This document shows positions 20,610 to 30,710 of a DNA stretch of 64,000 bases, in pieces. The position numbers were made by a program, and so were the translations under genes. The notes beneath the pieces were generated by a model. That model saw only the letters and a list, made by a program, of their open reading frames with translations. It was not told where the DNA came from and did no database searches. The stretch spans positions 160,555-224,554 of the forward strand of contig CACIYM010000001.1 in assembly GCA_902590895.1 (NCBI GenBank). Reading direction: 5' to 3'. The stretch's first letter is position 1; every line of letters starts with the position of its first letter. The stretch comes from an uncultured Alphaproteobacteria bacterium (GTDB lineage: Bacteria; Pseudomonadota; Alphaproteobacteria; Methylaequorales; Methylaequoraceae).

Positions 20610-21476
20610 ATGTCATCCATAAAAAAGGCAATATTTCCAATAGCCGGTTTAGGAACAAGATTTTTACCCGCAACAAAATCTATTCCTAAAGAGATGCTAA
20701 TCGTTCTGGATAGACCTGTTATTGAATGGGCAGTGATCGAAGCTTCAAAGGCAGGTATTGAAGAGATGATTTTTGTGATCTCATCTAACAAAAACTCTGT
20801 CATTGAACATTTTGACAGGTCGGAAATATTGGAGAACGCTCTAAAGAAAAAAAAGAAAATAGATCAAATAGGTCTTGTGCAATCTCAAAATCAATTAGGC
20901 TCTTTTTCTTTTGTAATTCAAGATGAACCAAAAGGGCTCGGTCATGCAGTTTGGTGTGCAAGAAAGTTTATTGGAACTAATGAAAACTTTGCTGTTATTC
21001 TTCCTGATGACATAATTTTGTCAAAAATACCCGCCATAAAACAATTAATGAGAGTACATTTAAAAACCAATGGTGGTTCAGTTTTAGGTTTAGAAAGTGT
21101 TCCCAAAAAAGAGGTATCAAAATACGGAGTGATTAAAATAAAAAAGAGATATGAAAATTATTTCTCCATTTCAAATTTAGTTGAAAAGCCAATGTATAGT
21201 CAAGCTCCTTCTAATTTAACAGTTGTTGGAAGATATTTATTAAATTCAAAAGTTTTTAATTACTTATCTCTTCAAAAAAAAGGCTATGGAAATGAGATAC
21301 AACTTACAGATAGTCTAGTCCAACTAACTGATAAACCTGGGTTATATGGAATTGAATTTAATGGTAAACGTTTTGACTGTGGAAGTAAATTTGGGTTTAT
21401 TGAAGCTAATATTAACTTCGGTCTTAACGATGGTGATATCAAATCCAATTTAAAAGGTATGTTGAGAAAACTATGA
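20610..21476 (+). CDS. galU: UTP--glucose-1-phosphate uridylyltransferase
   Basis: KAIFPIAGLGTRFLPATKSIPKEML is a GalU hallmark. 288 aa. Confidence 0.9.
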   Translation: MSSIKKAIFPIAGLGTRFLPATKSIPKEMLIVLDRPVIEWAVIEASKAGIEEMIFVISSNKNSVIEHFDRSEILENALKKKKKIDQIGLVQSQNQLGSFSFVIQDEPKGLGHAVWCARKFIGTNENFAVILPDDIILSKIPAIKQLMRVHLKTNGGSVLGLESVPKKEVSKYGVIKIKKRYENYFSISNLVEKPMYSQAPSNLTVVGRYLLNSKVFNYLSLQKKGYGNEIQLTDSLVQLTDKPGLYGIEFNGKRFDCGSKFGFIEANINFGLNDGDIKSNLKGMLRKL

Positions 21477-22795
21477 AAGTAACAATTGTTGGCACCGGTT
21501 ATGTTGGTCTTGTTTCTGGAACATGTTTTGCAGAGTTTGGAGTCAACGTCACATGTGTTGATAAAAATTTAAAAAAAATTAAAGATCTTAGAAATGGTAT
21601 TATCCCAATTTACGAACCTGGGTTAGACGAACTTGTAAAAAAAAATATTAACCAAAAAAGATTAAGTTTTGAGACTGATCTTAAAAAATCTTTAAAAAAT
21701 ACTAGCGCTGTTTTTATAGCAGTGGGAACACCCTCCAGAAAAAGTGATGGCTATGCTGATTTATCCTACGTCTTTGATGTGGCCAGAGAAATTGGAAAAA
21801 GTTTAAATGAGTACGCAGTCATTGTAAATAAGTCAACAGTTCCGGTTGGTACAGGAAAAAAGGTTCACGATATTATAAAAAAAATTAACCCAAAACTTAA
21901 CTTTGATGTGGCATCTAACCCTGAATTTCTGAGAGAGGGATCTGCTATTAATGATTTTATGAGGCCAGATAGAGTTGTCATTGGATGCAAATCTGAGAAA
22001 GCAAAAAATATTTTGAAAGAACTTTATAGACCACTTTATTTGTTGGAAACACCAATTATATTTACTCAAAGAGAAACAGCTGAGTTAATAAAATATGCAG
22101 CTAATTCTTTTTTAGCCACAAAAATAACATTTATTAATGAAATATCAGATTTGTGCGAAAAAGTAGGTGCAAATGTTAGTGATGTTTCTACTGGTATAGG
22201 TTTGGATGGAAGGATAGGTAAAAAGTTTCTTCATCCAGGTCCTGGATATGGTGGATCATGTTTTCCAAAAGATACTTTAGCAATCGTTAAGACTGCACAA
22301 GATTATAATGCGCCACTGGGATTGGTTGAGCATGTTGTGAAAAGTAATGATAGAAGAAAAAAAAATATGTTTAAAAGAGTTTTGAACATCGTTGGAAAAA
22401 ATAAAGACAAGAAAATAATTTCAATTCTTGGTTTAACTTTTAAACCTAACACAGATGATATGCGAGATAGCCCCAGCTTGGATATTATTCCTGCATTGAT
22501 AAAAAATAATTGCTTTTTGAGAGTTTTTGATCCAGAGGGAATGCAAGAAGCAAAAGTATATTTTAAAAAATTTTCAAAAAATATTGAATGGTGTAAAAAC
22601 TCATATGATGCAAGTGAAAATTCTGATGCATTGGTGATTTTAACTGAATGGAATCAATTTCGAGCATTAGATTTGAAAATGCTTAAGAAAAAACTTAAAA
22701 AACCAGTTATTATTGATCTGAGAAATATTTACAACCCAACTGAGTTAAGTAATATGGGTTTTGAGTATCATTCTTTAGGTAGAAGTTTTGAATAA
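21473..22795 (+). CDS. ugd: UDP-glucose 6-dehydrogenase
   Basis: N-terminal Rossmann motif MKVTIVGTGYVGLVSG and catalytic cysteine region GGSCFPKD. 440 aa. Overlaps galU by 4 nt. Confidence 0.9.
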   Translation: MKVTIVGTGYVGLVSGTCFAEFGVNVTCVDKNLKKIKDLRNGIIPIYEPGLDELVKKNINQKRLSFETDLKKSLKNTSAVFIAVGTPSRKSDGYADLSYVFDVAREIGKSLNEYAVIVNKSTVPVGTGKKVHDIIKKINPKLNFDVASNPEFLREGSAINDFMRPDRVVIGCKSEKAKNILKELYRPLYLLETPIIFTQRETAELIKYAANSFLATKITFINEISDLCEKVGANVSDVSTGIGLDGRIGKKFLHPGPGYGGSCFPKDTLAIVKTAQDYNAPLGLVEHVVKSNDRRKKNMFKRVLNIVGKNKDKKIISILGLTFKPNTDDMRDSPSLDIIPALIKNNCFLRVFDPEGMQEAKVYFKKFSKNIEWCKNSYDASENSDALVILTEWNQFRALDLKMLKKKLKKPVIIDLRNIYNPTELSNMGFEYHSLGRSFE

Positions 22796-24176
22796 AAAAG
22801 TTTCACATACTTTTAATGATAATATTGTAAGAGAATACGATATCCGTGGTGTTTATAATGAAACACTTTTTGATGAGGATGCAAAAATATTAGGTAATTT
22901 GTTTGGGTTAAAGGTTGGTAAAAATGGTGTGGTTAATGTTGCATATGATGGAAGAAATTCCTCATTAAAACTTAAAGAAAGTCTAATAGATGGTCTTATG
23001 GAAGTTGGGACCAATGTAAATGAAATTGGGCTTGGTCCAACTCCTATGCTCTACTATTCATGCGCTGAGATGAATGTAGGTGCAGGTATAATTGTTACTG
23101 GCTCTCATAACCCAAAAACTCACAATGGATTCAAGATTGTTTATAATCACTCACCTTTTTTTGGAGAAGATTTACAAATTCTTAAAAAAGAAGCAGAAAA
23201 TTTTGAATTTAAAACTTTTAAAGCCCAAAAAAGAAAAATTGATATTAAAGAAAAATATTTATCAAGATTAGTTAAAGATTTCGCACAAAAAAAAGAGATT
23301 AAAATAGTTTGGGATGCTGGAAATGGATCCGCTGGAGAATTAATGAAAAAACTATCAAATAAAATTGAAGGAGAAAAGATAATTTTGTATGACAAAATTG
23401 ACGGAAACTTTCCTAATCATCATCCAGACCCCTCTGAGTCAAAAAACCTTGAAGACTGTCAGAATTTTATACTTAAAAACAATTTAGATGTTGGACTAGC
23501 ATTTGATGGTGATGGGGATAGACTTGGTGTTGTAGATGATAGAGGTAGAGTTATTCCAGGAGATAAGGTTCTTCTTTTACTGGCAAAACAAATGCTAAAT
23601 AAAAAGAAAATCAAAGTAATTGCTGATGTTAAATGCAGCCAAGTTCTATTTGATCAAATTAAAAATTTAGGAGGAGAGATAATTATGTCCAAGACAGGTC
23701 ATAGTCATGTAAAAAATAATTTAAAAAAATTCGATGCACATTTGGCAGGTGAAATGAGTGGTCATATTTTCTTTTCAGAGGGTTATTATGGTTTTGATGA
23801 TGCACTTTATTCAGCTGTTAAAGTTTTAGAAATTTTAAATGAAAACGAAAAAAAACTATCTGAGTTGGTAGACGAAATACCAAATGCTTTTAACACACCT
23901 GAAATAAGAATAGAATGTGAAGATGAGTTTAAATTTAATGTCATAAAAATTGTCTCAGAAAATTTAAGAAAAGAGAACAAAAATGTTATTGATATTGATG
24001 GGGTTAGGGTTTCAGATGATGATGGATGGTGGCTTTTAAGAGCTTCAAACACACAACCAGCCTTGGTAGTAAGGTGCGAATCAGAGTCGAAAAGTGGCCT
24101 TGAAAAGCAAAAAAAAAATGTTTTAAATCAGCTTAATAGAATAGATTATAATTTTGATCAAAAAATATTTGGTTGA
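22788..24176 (+). CDS. Phosphomannomutase/phosphoglucomutase
   Basis: Active-site serine loop GIIVTGSHNPKTHNGFK and metal-binding motif FDGDGDR. 462 aa. Confidence 0.85.
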   Translation: MNKKVSHTFNDNIVREYDIRGVYNETLFDEDAKILGNLFGLKVGKNGVVNVAYDGRNSSLKLKESLIDGLMEVGTNVNEIGLGPTPMLYYSCAEMNVGAGIIVTGSHNPKTHNGFKIVYNHSPFFGEDLQILKKEAENFEFKTFKAQKRKIDIKEKYLSRLVKDFAQKKEIKIVWDAGNGSAGELMKKLSNKIEGEKIILYDKIDGNFPNHHPDPSESKNLEDCQNFILKNNLDVGLAFDGDGDRLGVVDDRGRVIPGDKVLLLLAKQMLNKKKIKVIADVKCSQVLFDQIKNLGGEIIMSKTGHSHVKNNLKKFDAHLAGEMSGHIFFSEGYYGFDDALYSAVKVLEILNENEKKLSELVDEIPNAFNTPEIRIECEDEFKFNVIKIVSENLRKENKNVIDIDGVRVSDDDGWWLLRASNTQPALVVRCESESKSGLEKQKKNVLNQLNRIDYNFDQKIFG

Positions 24177-24221
24177 AAAGTTGATCCTAACTTTCTAATT
24201 TAATAATATTACTATTTAGCT

Positions 24222-24536
24222 ATGAATGATGAATTAAAAACTCCCTCATCCCAAACTTTAGTTATTTCTAAAGTTAAGAAAAAAAAACCAAAACTTTACA
24301 AAGTTATCCTATTAAATGATGATTACACACCCATGGAATATGTTGTGAAACTATTGAGAGAGGTTTTTAAAAAAACAGAAAACGACGCTATTAATATTAT
24401 GTTAATGGTTCATAAAAAAGGCTCTGGGGTTTGCGGTATATTTACGAAAGAAATTGCAGAGACCAAAGTTTTTACCGTCACAAATAGAGCAAAAAGTGAT
24501 CAACACCCTTTGAAATGTATAATGGAGCCTGAATAA
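24222..24536 (+). CDS. clpS: ATP-dependent Clp protease adaptor
   Basis: KLYKVILLNDDYTPMEYVV..L...F is the ClpS core. 104 aa, directly upstream of clpA. Confidence 0.9.
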   Translation: MNDELKTPSSQTLVISKVKKKKPKLYKVILLNDDYTPMEYVVKLLREVFKKTENDAINIMLMVHKKGSGVCGIFTKEIAETKVFTVTNRAKSDQHPLKCIMEPE

Positions 24537-26803
24537 TGATATCAGACGAACTTGAAAAAACTTTACAAAAAGCTCAAGAAAAAGCCAAATCCTTCAATCA
24601 TCAGTACATGACTTTAGAGCACCTACTACTCGCGATGACGGATGATAGAGATGTTGTCAGAATTTTAAACGCGCACAACATTAAAATCAGTTCTCTAAAA
24701 CAAGATCTTGAAATCTTTATAGAGACAAAACTTAAAGATTTGACTTCTAAAGATCTTAATAACGAGGCAAAACCTACACTGGGTTTTCAAAGAGTTATAC
24801 AAAGAGCTGTTATACACGTTCAGTCCTCTGGTAAAGAAGAAGCAAATGGATCAAACGTGTTGGTAGCAATATTTAGCGAAAGAGAATCTCATGCTGTTTA
24901 TTACTTGCAAAAACAAAATTTAAGTAGACTTGATGTGGTAGAATACCTGTCTCATGGCAATAATGAAAAAGAGACCGAAGATTTTGGTGACGTTAAAGAT
25001 AAATTGGATGAAGATGATAAATCAAAAAATAAAAAATTTCTAGATATCTACTGTACTAATTTGAATATAAAAGCAAGTCAGCTAAAAATTGATCCCGTTA
25101 TTGGTAGAGAAAAAGAAATTGAAAGAACAATCCATGTACTCTCTAGAAGAAATAAAAATAACCCTATTTTTGTTGGAGAACCAGGAGTTGGTAAAACCGC
25201 CTTAGCAGAGGGACTCGCATTAAAAGTTGTTAACAATGAGGTTCCACTAAATATGAGAAATGTAACAATTTATTCATTGGACCTAGGAGGATTATTAGCA
25301 GGTACACGTTTTAGAGGTGATTTTGAAGAAAGGTTGAAAAAATTAATAAATTATTTTCAAGAAAACGATAACAATATTTTATTCATAGATGAAATTCACA
25401 CTATTATAGGAGCAGGTGGTACAAGTTCAGGCTCTATAGATGCTTCAAATATTCTTAAACCAGCTTTGACTAGTGGTAACCTAAAATGTATTGGTTCAAC
25501 TACTTATAAGGAATATAGAAATTATTTTGAAAAAGATCGGGCACTATGTAGAAGGTTTCAAAAAATAGATGTAGATGAACCTACCGTAGAAGATTCTATA
25601 AAGATTTTAAATGGCTTAAAGAAATACTATGAGGATTTTCATCAAGTAAATTTTGAAGAAAATTGCTCAACTGAAGCTGTAAAACTCTCAAAAAAGTATT
25701 TGCTGAATATGAAACTTCCTGATAAAGCAATAGATATTATGGATGAGGCCGGAGCATCAATAAAAATTAATGAAAAAAGAAAAATAAAAAATGTGAGTGT
25801 CAAAGATATTCAACAGACGGTTTCTAAGATTGCAAATATTCCCGAAAGCTCAATTAGTGCAAATGAAAAAGTAAAACTAAAAAATTTAGAAAGAGATCTG
25901 AAAACTCTTATTTTTGGACAAGATGATGCGGTCAAAATTGTTTCATCTGCAATAAAAATGTCAAAAGCTGGTTTAAGAAACAAGGAAAAAACAATTGGTT
26001 CATTCCTATTTTCAGGTCCGACTGGAGTTGGGAAAACTGAGCTGGCAAAACAATTAGCAAATATAATGAAAATAAATTTTGTAAGATTTGATATGTCCGA
26101 GTATATGGAAAGACACAGTGTTTCTAAATTAATAGGTGCCCCACCAGGATATGTGGGTTATGACCAAGGAGGACTTCTAACAGATGCAATTGATAAAAAT
26201 CCTTTCTCAGTAGTCTTAATGGATGAAATTGAAAAGGCGCATCCTGATCTTTTTAATATCCTTTTACAGGTTATGGATTATGGAAGATTAACAGATCATT
26301 TGGGAAAAAATATTGACTTTACAAATGTAATATTAATTATGACTAGTAACATTGGTGCGAATGAAATAATAAAAGAAAAAGTTGGTTTTTTAGGTAATTT
26401 TTCTGAAATAGATAATAAAAGCGCAATTAATAAATTTTTTAGCCCAGAGTTTAGAAATCGGTTAGATGCGACTGTAAATTTTAGAATGTTAAGTAAAAAA
26501 AATTCCATGAAAGTGGTAGATAAATTTTTAATGGAATTAGAATCTTTGTTAATTGATAAAAATTTAAATTTAAATGTTAGTAAGTTAGCAAAGCAGAAAC
26601 TTTTTGAATTAGGTTTTGATTTTGTAAATGGGGCAAGACCGATGGCTAGAATAATTGAACAAAAAATAAAGATCCCGCTATCAGATTTTATTTTAAAATC
26701 TAAAGAAGTTACTGGTGAGATAAAAGTTTGTTTTAATAAGAAAAAAGATAATTTTGAAATTAATTTTGAATCAAAGAAAAAAGATATCACTCTTAGTTCT
26801 TAA
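24536..26803 (+). CDS. clpA: ATP-dependent Clp protease ATP-binding subunit
   Basis: Two AAA+ modules (GEPGVGKT and GPTGVGKT Walker A) and the Clp N-domain. 755 aa. Overlaps clpS by 1 nt. Confidence 0.95.
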   Translation: MISDELEKTLQKAQEKAKSFNHQYMTLEHLLLAMTDDRDVVRILNAHNIKISSLKQDLEIFIETKLKDLTSKDLNNEAKPTLGFQRVIQRAVIHVQSSGKEEANGSNVLVAIFSERESHAVYYLQKQNLSRLDVVEYLSHGNNEKETEDFGDVKDKLDEDDKSKNKKFLDIYCTNLNIKASQLKIDPVIGREKEIERTIHVLSRRNKNNPIFVGEPGVGKTALAEGLALKVVNNEVPLNMRNVTIYSLDLGGLLAGTRFRGDFEERLKKLINYFQENDNNILFIDEIHTIIGAGGTSSGSIDASNILKPALTSGNLKCIGSTTYKEYRNYFEKDRALCRRFQKIDVDEPTVEDSIKILNGLKKYYEDFHQVNFEENCSTEAVKLSKKYLLNMKLPDKAIDIMDEAGASIKINEKRKIKNVSVKDIQQTVSKIANIPESSISANEKVKLKNLERDLKTLIFGQDDAVKIVSSAIKMSKAGLRNKEKTIGSFLFSGPTGVGKTELAKQLANIMKINFVRFDMSEYMERHSVSKLIGAPPGYVGYDQGGLLTDAIDKNPFSVVLMDEIEKAHPDLFNILLQVMDYGRLTDHLGKNIDFTNVILIMTSNIGANEIIKEKVGFLGNFSEIDNKSAINKFFSPEFRNRLDATVNFRMLSKKNSMKVVDKFLMELESLLIDKNLNLNVSKLAKQKLFELGFDFVNGARPMARIIEQKIKIPLSDFILKSKEVTGEIKVCFNKKKDNFEINFESKKKDITLSS

Positions 26804-27914
26804 ATGGAGAAAATTTATTTAAAAATTCAATATTTTCTATTATTTTTTTTCCTTCATCCTCTAAATACCCCCTTATTGCTTGCTGAAGCTCGTCATTCTT
26901 AAACCAGTGATTGCTGTAAGTTAATTCAGGCAAGTAACCTCTTGCTATTTTATGTTCTCCTTGAGCCCCAGCTTCAACTTTATGAAGTTCATTTTTAATA
27001 GCAAATTCAATAGCTTGATAGTAGCAAAGTTCAAAGTGTAAATAAGGAATTTCATAAAGAGCACCCCAATATCTCCCGTAAAAGTTGTTTTTACTTCTGA
27101 AGTGTAATGAACAGCCTAGAAATCTTGACTTATCATATGCTTGAATTAATACCATTTTTTTTTTGTAATCAGATTTTAAAAGCTCATTAAAAAATTGAAT
27201 ATTTAAGTAATGAACTGACCATTTCTTTTTTATTGTATTGCTGTAACATTGATAAAAATAATTGATATCATCAGTTGTTATGTCATTTGATTCCTTTATA
27301 TGAAATTGGATTTTTTGTTTTTTTAAGAAATCTCTTTCTTTAATAATATTTTTTCTTTTTTTTCTTTTTAAAGAGGATAAAAAACAATCAAAAGTCTTAT
27401 ATGAATTATTATACCAATAATACTGAATTCCTAGTCTTTGTAAAAATCCATTTTCTTTAAGCCTATTTGAAATACTTTTTTCAATAAAGTTAATGTGAAA
27501 AGATGGAATTTTTTTTTGGAGAAGAAATTCTACGATTAATTTAGACAAAGTATTTAGTTCAATTTTTGTGTCACTATAAAAAAAATTTTTTCTTTTTACA
27601 GGAGTAAAAGGAGTTGCTGAGAGATATTTTGGAAAATATTGTAAGCCAAGCTGATTATATGCGTTTACAAAAATATGGTCAAAAACGTATTCACCATTTG
27701 AATTAAATTTTTTATAATTTGGTATAACACCGGCTAATTTATTTTGTTTTTTTATTACTATATGCTCGGGAACCCAACCAGTTTCAAGACTAGTGCATTT
27801 TGAAGTTTCTAGTTTTTTATAAAACTCATAATCAATAAAAGGGGAATAATCATTTAAATTTTTTTTGCAAAAATTTTTGATTTCTTCAATTGATGAGACA
27901 GTACTAAGATTCAC
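26793..27914 (-). CDS. FemAB-like/GNAT-fold protein (PF04339-like family)
   Basis: About 373 aa. The conserved C-terminal block VEAGAQGEHKIARGY and overall length fit the peptidoglycan-biosynthesis/recognition (FemAB-like) family, as recalled from memory. Not verified by search. Confidence 0.45.
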   Translation of the reverse strand: MNLSTVSSIEEIKNFCKKNLNDYSPFIDYEFYKKLETSKCTSLETGWVPEHIVIKKQNKLAGVIPNYKKFNSNGEYVFDHIFVNAYNQLGLQYFPKYLSATPFTPVKRKNFFYSDTKIELNTLSKLIVEFLLQKKIPSFHINFIEKSISNRLKENGFLQRLGIQYYWYNNSYKTFDCFLSSLKRKKRKNIIKERDFLKKQKIQFHIKESNDITTDDINYFYQCYSNTIKKKWSVHYLNIQFFNELLKSDYKKKMVLIQAYDKSRFLGCSLHFRSKNNFYGRYWGALYEIPYLHFELCYYQAIEFAIKNELHKVEAGAQGEHKIARGYLPELTYSNHWFKNDELQQAIRGYLEDEGKKIIENIEFLNKFSPFKN

Positions 27915-28393
27915 TAGTTTTTCAAAGAAAATATACCATCAATTTCAATAGGTGAATTTTTTGGTAATGAATTGACACCAATTACACTTCTTGAGTGACT
28001 TCCACTTTCTTGTCCTAAAATCCTTACTAAAATATCTGAAGCTGTATCAAAAAGAATAGAGTGTTCCTCAAAATTTTTGATACAGTTTAAATATCCCTTT
28101 AGATTTATACATTTTGTTTTTTTTACATTTTTGTATTCATCCATTGCATCACTTAAGACCCAAAGTAAATTATATGTAGCCATTTGTATTGAATTTTTTG
28201 TATCTTCAACACTTATGCTTTCACCTACTTTTCCAGAGAATAAGAGTACTTGTTCTTTAATTGGTAGTTGGCCTGAAATAAAAACAAGATTTTGATCAAT
28301 AACATAGGGTTTGTAGTTTGCTAAACTATTTTGCTTTGAGCTCTTTTTAATATTAAGCGAAATTAGCTTTTTAGATAAGAAATTATTCATCAA
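27914..28393 (-). CDS. RidA/YjgF/TdcF family protein
   Basis: C-terminal [21 protein letters not shown] matches the RidA family signature. 159 aa. Shares a start/stop junction with the downstream gene. Confidence 0.6.
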   Translation of the reverse strand: MMNNFLSKKLISLNIKKSSKQNSLANYKPYVIDQNLVFISGQLPIKEQVLLFSGKVGESISVEDTKNSIQMATYNLLWVLSDAMDEYKNVKKTKCINLKGYLNCIKNFEEHSILFDTASDILVRILGQESGSHSRSVIGVNSLPKNSPIEIDGIFSLKN

Positions 28394-29213
28394 ATTTATG
28401 AAAACATGTTAAGCATTTTATCTGATTTTCTTCTTTATAAATAGTGAAATTTCCACACTTTTCGCATGGGTCTCCTTCAAACTTTTTAATATTTTTTATT
28501 TTTTCAGTATCATTGTGATTATTTTTATTGGAAATTAAAGTAAGATTACCGTCAAAATTTTTTTTTCTTACATATCCTTTACTAGTAAAGTTTTTAAGCA
28601 CATTTTCTGCGTGCTCTTTTTTATAGTTAAGCTCATCTTGCTGCGGTATAAGCTCTGTTATTTGATTTGTAGTTTGATTACTTAAATCCTCTCTTCCAAG
28701 ATAAGATATTGCTAATTCTTTAAAAATATAATCTAAAATAGATGTGGTAAATTTTATTTCTGTATTACCCTTGACTTCTCCACTTGGTTCAAATTTTGTG
28801 AATGTAAATGCTTCAACAAATTCCTCCAGAGGAACTCCGTATTGAAGTCCAATTGATACTGAAATTGCAAAGTTATTCATAAGGCTTCTGAAAGCTGCAC
28901 CCTCTTTATGCATATCAACAAAAATTTCACCAATGCTTCCATCCATATATTCGCCGGTTCTTAAGTAAACTTTATGATTATTAATTGAAGCTTTCTGAGT
29001 GTATCCTTTTCTTCTGTCAGGAAGTTTGTTTCTTTTTCTAGTTTGATTTTTTTTAAAATTATTATCGTGAAAACTATCATTAAATTCTTTTAAAAATTTC
29101 TCAACAAAAAGTTCATAAACATCATCGTTTATATTTTGAAAATCTTTGGAGTTTTTTTTTTGTTTTTTTAAGAAAGAGGTTACAAACTTTTTTATTTCTT
29201 TGAAATTGTTCAT
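28383..29213 (-). CDS. Stand-alone protein resembling the C-terminal module of class II (B12-dependent) ribonucleotide reductase NrdJ, ending in a Zn ribbon (NrdJb-like)
   Basis: [77 protein letters not shown] matches, from memory, the conserved block in the C-terminal third of alphaproteobacterial NrdJ. The last 25 aa contain CEKCGNFT...CLTCFH (CxxC-x11-CxxC). No NrdJ catalytic body is adjacent. Confidence 0.4.
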   Translation of the reverse strand: MNNFKEIKKFVTSFLKKQKKNSKDFQNINDDVYELFVEKFLKEFNDSFHDNNFKKNQTRKRNKLPDRRKGYTQKASINNHKVYLRTGEYMDGSIGEIFVDMHKEGAAFRSLMNNFAISVSIGLQYGVPLEEFVEAFTFTKFEPSGEVKGNTEIKFTTSILDYIFKELAISYLGREDLSNQTTNQITELIPQQDELNYKKEHAENVLKNFTSKGYVRKKNFDGNLTLISNKNNHNDTEKIKNIKKFEGDPCEKCGNFTIYKEENQIKCLTCFHKFDE

Positions 29214-29246
29214 AATTGATATAATAATAACTATATATTTAGTATA

Positions 29247-29609
29247 ATGAAATTATCTTACAATTCTATTTTTTTTAAATTTTATTGCTTATTCTTTGCT
29301 AAGAATGTGGGGAAAGATGAGTATGGAAATATTTATTACACAAAAAAGAATCTTAGTCGGAAAAACAACTACAGAGAGAGAAGATTTGTTTTATATAAAG
29401 GGATAGTTGAAGCTAGTAAAGTTCCTCAAGAATGGAATGCTTGGTTACATCACGCGACAGAAACACCACCATCCAATCAAAATAAACTTAGTTGGTTTAA
29501 AGATCATAGTCCAAACTTAACAGGAAGTCCTTTTGCTTATGAATATAAAGATAAAAAAAAAACCAAAAAAGTTAAAAATATCTATTCTGTATGGTCTCCT
29601 GATGAATAA
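29247..29609 (+). CDS. NDUFA12-like (NADH:ubiquinone oxidoreductase 17.2 kDa subunit family) protein
   Basis: [35 protein letters not shown] resembles the bacterial NDUFA12 family pattern. 120 aa. Confidence 0.6.
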   Translation: MKLSYNSIFFKFYCLFFAKNVGKDEYGNIYYTKKNLSRKNNYRERRFVLYKGIVEASKVPQEWNAWLHHATETPPSNQNKLSWFKDHSPNLTGSPFAYEYKDKKKTKKVKNIYSVWSPDE

Positions 29610-30039
29610 AAGATTTGTTACTTTTTTTTTAGGAGTTTTCACTGTTGTATTTTTGATTGAGCTAATGTTTGTTAAGCGTAACACTAATGGCGATAATTTT
29701 TATGACTTATATGCTTCTTTTAATAAAATTGATGGTGTAAATCCTGGTGACAAAATAATGGTTTCTGGAATCAATGTTGGTTATGTTGAGGAGGTTGCAC
29801 TAAAAAAAAACTATCCTATAATAAAAATGAAAATTGCAAAAAACCTCGACATCTCAGACGATTCCTCAGTTTCTATTCAAACTGACGGACTATTTGGATC
29901 AAAATTCCTAATGATTGAAATGGGAGGTACTAATAATTTCATGAAAAATGGAGACTATTTTTCCTTTACAGAGGATTCGATTTTAATTCAGGATTTGCTT
30001 GAAAATATTATAAAAATTGGAGAAAAGAATAAAATATGA
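29602..30039 (+). CDS. MCE/MlaD-domain protein (copy 1)
   Basis: N-terminal TM (FVTFFLGVFTVVFLI) followed by an MCE-domain-like region (GVNPGDKIMVSGINVGYVEEV). The start is set at the in-frame ATG 29602 (MNKRF...), overlapping the upstream stop by 8 nt rather than the track start 29533. Confidence 0.55.
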   Translation: MNKRFVTFFLGVFTVVFLIELMFVKRNTNGDNFYDLYASFNKIDGVNPGDKIMVSGINVGYVEEVALKKNYPIIKMKIAKNLDISDDSSVSIQTDGLFGSKFLMIEMGGTNNFMKNGDYFSFTEDSILIQDLLENIIKIGEKNKI

Positions 30040-30479
30040 AAAAAAATTATTTTGAATCAATCTTAGGTTTTTTTACACTATTAGTATCTTTGATATTTCT
30101 TTTCAAGTTTGTCAACGTTAACACAGACAATAATGAAACATATCAATTAAAAGCTAAGTTTCTAAAGGCCGGAGGAATATCTTCAGGTAACGACGTTAAA
30201 ATGAGAGGAGTAAAGATTGGTGTTGTAAGCAACGTCTATCTAGATAATGATTATTTCGCAGTTGTTGATTTTCAGGTTTATAAGCAAATTCTTGTTCCAA
30301 AAGAAAGTACTGTCAAAATTGCAAGTGATGGAATTTTAGGAAATAAATATTTGTCAGTTACACCAACTGGAAGCAACCTAGACGAGATTCTCTCAGATAA
30401 TCAGGAAATTGAAGAAGTAGAGGATTTTGAATCAATAGAGGATCAAGTTAGTAAAATCATTTTTTTAGCTACACAGTAA
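30036..30479 (+). CDS. MCE/MlaD-domain protein (copy 2)
   Basis: N-terminal TM then KFLKAGGISSGNDVKMRGVKIGVVSNV, an MCE-like region. Overlaps copy 1 by 4 nt. Confidence 0.55.
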   Translation: MKKNYFESILGFFTLLVSLIFLFKFVNVNTDNNETYQLKAKFLKAGGISSGNDVKMRGVKIGVVSNVYLDNDYFAVVDFQVYKQILVPKESTVKIASDGILGNKYLSVTPTGSNLDEILSDNQEIEEVEDFESIEDQVSKIIFLATQ

Positions 30480-30488
30480 TTTATATTA

Positions 30489-30710
30489 ATGTCTAAAAAT
30501 AAAAATCAGATATTGTGGTATGCAAAAGACAATAAAATTATTTCTTGTGACGAAACAAACAAAGTTTTAAATGAAAATTATGAAGAGTTAAAAACTTTAA
30601 TGCAAAACATTTATGACGACGCAATTTTAATTGGCTGCGACGAAGAAGATTTCAAAAAAAAAATAAAAATTTTAGTTAATGATCTGCACTTTTCATTAGG
30701 AAAAAAGTAA
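30489..30710 (+). CDS. Hypothetical protein (73 aa)
   Basis: An ORF tightly packed between flanking genes. No recognisable motif. Confidence 0.3.
   Translation: MSKNKNQILWYAKDNKIISCDETNKVLNENYEELKTLMQNIYDDAILIGCDEEDFKKKIKILVNDLHFSLGKK

Noticed and set aside
20504-22069. Minus-strand ORFs 20504..20803 and 21833..22069
   Set aside because: They overlap the galU start and the ugd interior antisense, with no motifs. They are artefacts.
26296-26790. 164-aa antisense ORF within clpA
   Set aside because: It is embedded in the well-supported clpA second AAA+ module. It is hydrophobic and low-complexity, typical of an AT-rich antisense frame.
28383-29213. Interpreting the NrdJ-C-like ORF as a truncated pseudogene of a full nrdJ
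   Set aside because: The ORF has its own start, tight 11-nt coupling to ridA and an intact terminal Zn ribbon. The upstream neighbour is an unrelated plus-strand gene, so there is no decayed nrdJ body. It is kept as an intact stand-alone module pending a genome-wide search.
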